The notes under the pieces: model-generated
What the model was told of the DNA's origin: nothing
The model's database searches: none
What the model saw: the letters and a program-made list of their open reading frames with translations, nothing else
Source of the DNA: Promethearchaeia archaeon
GTDB lineage: Archaea; Asgardarchaeota; Lokiarchaeia; Sigyniarchaeales; SOKP01
Assembly (NCBI GenBank): GCA_046497275.1
Contig: JAWOFX010000029.1
Span: forward strand, 1-32,000
Direction of reading: 5' to 3'
DNA length: 32,000 bases
Position numbers and translations under genes: made by a program
Shown here: one piece after another, positions 26,513 to 32,000 of the stretch
Numbering within the stretch: position 1 is the stretch's first letter
Layout of the letters: each line of letters begins with the position of its first letter

Positions 26513-27406
26513 TTATATCCAAGAGACCTCTAATGGAGCTCGTGGTGGAGCTCTATAATATTTTAGATCAGGATAACCAAGAATGAACAATCCATTAATG
26601 TTCATATTATCGGAAATTTCCAAGACTTCTTTTAACTCATCATATCGATTTAATGCTTCCTGCGCATATCCTATCCAACATGTTCCCAGACCAATTGATT
26701 GAGCTGCGAGCATACCATGTGTTAACGCAATTCCGGCATCATTAGGAGCGAGTGAACCAAGTTCAGGAGCATAAGAAATAATTACGACTGGAGCTTCATA
26801 AAAAACTGGATCTTCTCCTTTCTCTATACGATCAAAAAAATCATTCAAACTTACTTCTGTTCTCTTTTCAGTCACCATATGTTTGATACTCTTTGGAAGG
26901 AAATATTTTATAATTCTTTTATGTTTTACAAGTTTATTCAATAATCCGAGCATTTTAATAACAGCTTGTCTTATTTGGTCTATTTTTTCATGATCCTTTA
27001 AAACAATATATTGCCATGATCGGTCATTCCTAGCACTTGGTGCATAGCGCATTGCTTTTAGAACTTTTTGAATCTCTTCTTTAGGGACATCTTTTTGTTC
27101 GAATCTCCGAACTGAACGCCTTACTCGAATAAATTTCATCAAACTCTCATAATCTAAAATTTTTTCTGGAGTTTTAGCTTCATCAAACTCTAAAGATTTA
27201 TCTTCCGCCTTGTAAATGATTGCGTTCGTTGGGCATATTGCTATACAATGCCCACACTCGATACATCCATTATCTGGATCTTTAAATATTACCTTCCTTT
27301 TTTCCCCAATCTTCGTTGGAGGCTTGATAAAGAGTCCTGATGGGCAATCTTTGACACATTCTAAGCATTTTATACATTTTACATTATCTATTCCTTCAAT
27401 TTTCAT
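26513..27406 (-). CDS. Nitroreductase family protein with an N-terminal 2x[4Fe-4S] domain
   Basis: CIKCLECVKDCP, CIECGHCIAICP, RRSVRRF, APSARN and GLGTCWIG. Confidence 0.92.
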   Translation of the reverse strand: MKIEGIDNVKCIKCLECVKDCPSGLFIKPPTKIGEKRKVIFKDPDNGCIECGHCIAICPTNAIIYKAEDKSLEFDEAKTPEKILDYESLMKFIRVRRSVRRFEQKDVPKEEIQKVLKAMRYAPSARNDRSWQYIVLKDHEKIDQIRQAVIKMLGLLNKLVKHKRIIKYFLPKSIKHMVTEKRTEVSLNDFFDRIEKGEDPVFYEAPVVIISYAPELGSLAPNDAGIALTHGMLAAQSIGLGTCWIGYAQEALNRYDELKEVLEISDNMNINGLFILGYPDLKYYRAPPRAPLEVSWI

Positions 27407-27495
27407 ACCTATTCATCTAATTTTTAAAAATTAACAGATCTTAATTATTTTATTAATGAATATTTTTTTAATATTACTCCAAAATACTATTAGAT

Positions 27496-28419
27496 ATGAA
27501 ACAAAAAAATTATGATGATTATTGGTTTCATTATGTCTTATCTGAGAATCCCATAAAAATTAAGGAGGCAATTAAAGAAACCAATATTGTTTCTGAAGAT
27601 ATTAAAATCCATGTAGATATATATGGAGATGAATTTTTAACAGATAAAAATATTATTTTTATCCATGGTACTTCAGTATATGGTAAATTTTATGCTGAGT
27701 TTTGCTATAATTTACTAAAACAAGGATATCGGGTTTTTGCTCCAGATCTAATTGGACATGGTTTAAGCGATGGAACACGAGGTCATTTCACTATGGAAAA
27801 CTTTACAAATATAATTTATGACCTAACAACTCATATAATAGAAAATTATGGGAATAATGTTGTGGTTATGGGATCCAGTTTAGGTGGAATTACGACATTA
27901 TATTGCGCTGCTAACGATTCGAGACTGAAAGGAGCCATCTGTCATAATGCAGCAATTTTTAATGAGGATGCTTACAAAAGAATCATAAATTTAAATGGAG
28001 TTTTGAAATTGTTAATACGAATCATTCCAATTATGACAAAACTATTTCCAAAATTGAAACTAAGTGTTTTTATCTACTTAGATTTTTATGAACTAGCTAA
28101 ATCTGATAAAATTCTTGAGTCCATCGATTTTTTACTAAAAGATAAATTATTCAATAAAAAATATACCTTGACAGCAATAAAAACTCAAATGCGAGCACCA
28201 TTGAAAAGACCTATTGAGAAAATTGATACACCTATAATGATTATTAATGGAGAAAATGATAATTTATTTTCTGTAGGTTATATGAAGGAATTGTATAATC
28301 GAATAAATTCTAAAAACAAAGAATTGGTAATTATAAAGGATGCATCACACCTGATATTTCAAGAAAATATCCAAGAATCTCTAGAAAATATTATAAATTG
28401 GTTAGAAAAAATTTTATAA
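27496..28419 (+). CDS. Alpha/beta hydrolase (lysophospholipase/monoacylglycerol lipase-like)
   Basis: FIHG, DLIGHGLSDG, GSSLGG nucleophile elbow, GENDNL and ASH. Confidence 0.9.
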   Translation: MKQKNYDDYWFHYVLSENPIKIKEAIKETNIVSEDIKIHVDIYGDEFLTDKNIIFIHGTSVYGKFYAEFCYNLLKQGYRVFAPDLIGHGLSDGTRGHFTMENFTNIIYDLTTHIIENYGNNVVVMGSSLGGITTLYCAANDSRLKGAICHNAAIFNEDAYKRIINLNGVLKLLIRIIPIMTKLFPKLKLSVFIYLDFYELAKSDKILESIDFLLKDKLFNKKYTLTAIKTQMRAPLKRPIEKIDTPIMIINGENDNLFSVGYMKELYNRINSKNKELVIIKDASHLIFQENIQESLENIINWLEKIL

Positions 28420-28445
28420 TATGGCGTATACTTTAGATTGAGATC

Positions 28446-28637
28446 ATGTTATATTGTGAAAAATGTCAGAAAGAAGTAATTATTGTTGGAGAAGGAAGTC
28501 TCGCTGGAATGGATGAAGAAGTAGATGAGTGGGAAGAGAAGATTGAAAAGCAAGGGAAATTGATATTATATGATCCTCCTCCCAATCCTCCTTATTTATG
28601 CCCCAAATGTGGAAATGATCTAATAGAGAAAGATTAA
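28446..28637 (+). CDS. Small Zn-ribbon/rubredoxin-like protein
   Basis: CEKC near the N-terminus and CPKC near the C-terminus; 63 aa. Confidence 0.7.
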   Translation: MLYCEKCQKEVIIVGEGSLAGMDEEVDEWEEKIEKQGKLILYDPPPNPPYLCPKCGNDLIEKD

Positions 28638-28808
28638 TAGAACTCTCTTTTTATAGATTTACATTTTTTATTATAATTATTCAATTGACTCTATATTATG
28701 AGTTTTTTTGAAGAAATAGTTAAAACTACTAAAATATATATTGTTAATTTGAGAATTATTTATATAAGAAAATTAAAGTCAAAAAATTTGATCATCAATA
28801 ATAAGATT

Positions 28809-29654
28809 ATGACGGACGGAGAGAGAGAAATACGCTTAACGTGCCCCATTTGCCAAAAAGAGAAAAAAATTCGTATTCCAAATAAAGTTTTTGCTCAAAA
28901 GAAATTTGGAAGCATCAAAATCCAAGTACCTCCAGGAGCGGTGTGTCCCGATCATCAATTCATCGTCTTCCTAGACCCAAAGGGATTGATCCGAGGATAT
29001 GAAAAGATAGATATTCTAATGAAAACACAGCCTGAGGAGGCAAAAAAAGTTATTGAAGGTAAAATAAATCTTAAGAAATTGATTAATATTTTTGGATTGT
29101 ATGGGGTTTTTAGTTTAATCCATTCAAAAATTTTTGGTTATCCTGCCTATATTATCAGGGATAATCCCCCAGAGGGATTAAGTCAACAAATAAATGAATT
29201 CTTTAATAATGTATCTAAAAATAAATTTACCGAAACATCTCAAATTCAGTTTATTGAGGAAACTAAATACGATGATATTAAATTAAAAAATAATACTCTT
29301 TTGATAGATGCTCATAACAACATCCTTCAAACTCCTTGGGAAGAGAAATTGGATTTTGAAGAGTTTATTGTTAAAAAAGCTTTAGAAATAATTGATGAAA
29401 ATGAGCAGAAAGTTCTTTTGCGACAGGATATAAGTAATCTCCTAAAGGAGATTGACCATACTGTTAAGGTATTGGAGGATACTGATGAGATTTATGATAC
29501 TGAATTAATCGAAACTCTCTCCAAGGATTTAAAAATCCCAAAAATGAGCAAATCTCGACTCAATTTAATTAGAAAATTTGTAAAAATGAATATATCAGAA
29601 GATCTTGCTAACAAAGTTAAAAACAAGGTCCAAGAGTTCTTGAATTTCTTATAA
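28809..29654 (+). CDS. Hypothetical protein with an N-terminal Zn-binding motif (CPIC...CPDH)
   Basis: The ORF track starts at 28698, but the first 37 codons look like AT-rich intergenic sequence; ATG28809 (MTDGEREIRLTCPIC) is more plausible. Confidence 0.75.
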   Translation: MTDGEREIRLTCPICQKEKKIRIPNKVFAQKKFGSIKIQVPPGAVCPDHQFIVFLDPKGLIRGYEKIDILMKTQPEEAKKVIEGKINLKKLINIFGLYGVFSLIHSKIFGYPAYIIRDNPPEGLSQQINEFFNNVSKNKFTETSQIQFIEETKYDDIKLKNNTLLIDAHNNILQTPWEEKLDFEEFIVKKALEIIDENEQKVLLRQDISNLLKEIDHTVKVLEDTDEIYDTELIETLSKDLKIPKMSKSRLNLIRKFVKMNISEDLANKVKNKVQEFLNFL

Positions 29655-29936
29655 TTTACATTAGAATAAATAAATTAGCCTTAATTTTCTGTATTCAAAA
29701 TTGTAATATAAAATTGATTATGTTTCATCTAGTTTTTATATAGATATTTCTTTAAAAATTCCATTATTGAATTCTATTTTTCCAAGAAATTATTAATTCT
29801 TTAGTTGTAAAATCTAAATAGAAAGCTCTATTCCACCTTAAAGAATAAGGGTAATAAACTATAAAATTTAATACAATTTAATAATTAATAAGCACATATA
29901 ATAGAATAAATATAATCGAAGAGAAGTGAAAAAAAT

Positions 29937-30758
29937 ATGGAAAATATGCAATGGGGTATGAAGAATCGTTTATCCCGTATTATTAATCCAAAAACAGGTC
30001 ATTGCGTAATGCTTGCGATGGATCATGGGTATTTTGGAAATATACCCGGTCAACTTAAATGCTTCAGCGATTTAAATCCCTTATTTGAATATGCTGATGC
30101 ATTAATGCTTACAAGAGGTATGCTTAGGTCATGCGTTGCAGCGGAGATCGATAAACCAATTGTACTTAGAGTATCGGCTGGAGCCAGTATGATGAAGGAA
30201 TTATCTAATGAAGTGATTAATGTAACTATTGATGAGGCAATTAGATTGAATGTGTCGGCAATAACATGTTCTATTTTTGTTGGTGGAGAATTTGAAAAAC
30301 AAACTATTATGAATCTTTCAAAACTCGTGAATTGGGGCCAAGATTATGGGATCCCAGTGTTAGCAGTCACAGCGGTAGGGAGGGAAATGGCAAGGGATGC
30401 TAGATATTTAGGAATGGCAAGTAGATTAGCAGCAGAAATGGGAGCCAATTTTGTTAAAACATATTACTGCGATGATTTCGAAGATGTTATCGGAGTTTGC
30501 CCCGTTCCAATTGTCATTGCAGGCGGAAAAATAGATTTGAATTCCTAATCTATGCCGAAAAAAATCCCAGAAAGGGATGCCCTGCAAATGGCTAAAGATG
30601 CAATAGATAAGGGAGCCGTTGGAGTAGATATGGGAAGAAACATTTTTTTAAGTGATAGCCCTGTTGGAATGATTCAAGCAGTAAGGGAGATTGTCCATAA
30701 AAATGCTTCTGTAGACGAAGCATACGAAATTTATCAACAAGGACCAAAAGGTCTTTAA
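29937..30758 (+). CDS. lsrF: LsrF-like 3-hydroxy-5-phosphonooxypentane-2,4-dione thiolase (class I aldolase/DhnA fold), interrupted by a 30-nt in-frame insert containing TAA
   Basis: [38 protein letters not shown] and GVDMGRNIF. The two ORF-track pieces (29937-30548 and 30552-30758) are in the same frame. Confidence 0.9.
30530..30559 (+). other. Candidate bulge-helix-bulge-like mRNA intron (30 nt, aatagatttgaattcctaatctatgccgaa)
   Basis: 7-bp stem ATAGATT/AATCTAT, central helix CGGA/GCCG (3 G-C pairs plus an A-G mismatch), two AAA bulges; removal restores GGA AAA AAA ATC. Confidence 0.55.
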
Positions 30759-30808
30759 AATATTATTCTCTTTTTTTTAATTTTGTTTTTTAAATATACA
30801 ATAATTGT

Positions 30809-32000
30809 TTATATTTGAAAAGTAGTAATTTCTTCACTTTTTGTAGAAGTTTGGTTATCTAATCTCCATTTAATTTTTCTCACGTTATCTAAAAAATTAA
30901 AGGATTCCCTTAAAACATTGAAAATATTTTTCTGAAATATGAGTCTGAGACCTTTACTTCGTAATAGTCTGAGAATAGTATCCTTCCAATTTCGATTGAA
31001 ATATGCGTTATAATATGCTTTTAACAGAAGTTCTTCCAATTTTTCTTTAGATAAATAATTCAATCTATTTACGGCGGTTGTAAAGTTATATTGACTCCAA
31101 TCCTCAGATAATAAATATCCTTTTTGAATTATAAGATCTCTAAATTTGGTGCCTGGTAAGGGTGTCATGACTGAATAAATCGGAAAATCAATATCTAGTT
31201 TTTTAACAATCCTAATCATTATTTCAGTATCTTTTTCTACTTCGTCGAGATTTGCACCTATTAGCAGGCTTCCTACGATTAAAATATTATTTTCATGAAG
31301 TATTTGAATGGATTTGATTATATCCTTAAAATTAACTTTTTTATCAATATTATTTAAAGACTTTTGGTTAAATGATTCGATTCCACAGAAAAAAGACCAA
31401 AATCCCGCCTTCGCCATTTTCTTAATTATCCTTGGATTTCTATTAATAACATCCATTCTACTTTGGCACATTAGATCCAACTTAATTCCCTCTTCAATAA
31501 TTAAGTCACAGATTTTCTCAACACGCTTCATATTAGCAGTAAAATTATCATCTACTATTAACACGTTCGTACGTCCTTTTTCTTCATATATAATCTTCAA
31601 TTCTTTCAAAACACGTTCTGGAGTTTTCATTCGATATGTTCCTCGAAAAAATAGATGAATATTACAGAATGTACATTTATATGGACAACCTCTGCTTGTT
31701 TCAAGAGCGTCAACAGGTAATTGAAAAATTTGATAATAAGATTTATTATCTCTTAAATGTCTTGCGGGAATAGGTAATTTATTAATATCTTTAATTAAGG
31801 GGCGATCTGGATTATTAATTATGTTTCCTTCTTTTTTATAAGATATACCATCAATTTCTTCGAAATCTTTATTTTGAATTAATTCTTTAAAGGTTATCTC
31901 TCCTTCCCCACGAACCACCACATCTACAAAACTATATTTTAATACATCAAAGGGAACAAAATTTGGGTGCCACCCTCCCAAAACTGTGGCGTATCCATTT
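30809..32000 (-). CDS. B12-binding-domain radical SAM protein (class B methyltransferase-like), 5' end outside the window
   Basis: VLGGWHP, VVRGEGE, SRGCPYKCTFC, VDDNF and GIES; the frame stays open to the window edge. Confidence 0.92.
   Translation of the reverse strand, partial: NGYATVLGGWHPNFVPFDVLKYSFVDVVVRGEGEITFKELIQNKDFEEIDGISYKKEGNIINNPDRPLIKDINKLPIPARHLRDNKSYYQIFQLPVDALETSRGCPYKCTFCNIHLFFRGTYRMKTPERVLKELKIIYEEKGRTNVLIVDDNFTANMKRVEKICDLIIEEGIKLDLMCQSRMDVINRNPRIIKKMAKAGFWSFFCGIESFNQKSLNNIDKKVNFKDIIKSIQILHENNILIVGSLLIGANLDEVEKDTEIMIRIVKKLDIDFPIYSVMTPLPGTKFRDLIIQKGYLLSEDWSQYNFTTAVNRLNYLSKEKLEELLLKAYYNAYFNRNWKDTILRLLRSKGLRLIFQKNIFNVLRESFNFLDNVRKIKWRLDNQTSTKSEEITTFQI

Noticed and set aside
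28698-28808. N-terminal extension of the 28698 ORF
   Set aside because: I/K/N-rich translation typical of AT-rich promoter sequence; the domain-like sequence starts at ATG28809
30546-30548. Selenocysteine/pyrrolysine or readthrough explanation for the lsrF stop
   Set aside because: The codon is TAA, not TGA or TAG, and readthrough would leave 10 extra residues in the conserved AGGKK motif

Overview
AT-rich (roughly 30% GC by eye) archaeal chromosomal segment, most likely from a Lokiarchaeia/Promethearchaeia (Asgard) genome. This is inferred from Loki-CTERM-type IPGY-TM-basic tails, a large longin-containing membrane protein and GGTGA/GGAG ribosome-binding sites. It holds about 28 protein genes: a large receptor-like surface protein, a tandem Zn-ribbon plus PD-(D/E)xK-like nuclease, 2-oxoacid:ferredoxin oxidoreductase beta/gamma followed by an FrhB-PyrK fusion, two EamA transporters, two ABC exporter modules (one permease fused to a CPBP protease), a Loki-CTERM surface protein, redox/lipid enzymes, an lsrF-like thiolase and a partial B12/radical SAM gene. 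No rRNA, tRNA, CRISPR array or transposase was found. Top signal: lsrF is interrupted by an in-frame 30-nt hairpin insert containing a stop codon. It folds as an imperfect bulge-helix-bulge motif, and its predicted excision exactly restores the conserved AGGKK(L/I)PER motif, making it a candidate mRNA intron in an Asgard protein-coding gene. Other highlights: an unannotated 43-aa free-standing Loki-CTERM microprotein near an ABC-CPBP protease fusion, a modular Zn-finger nuclease with mosaic repeats, a probable ATT start for korB, and GC-mosaic blocks in the receptor gene.
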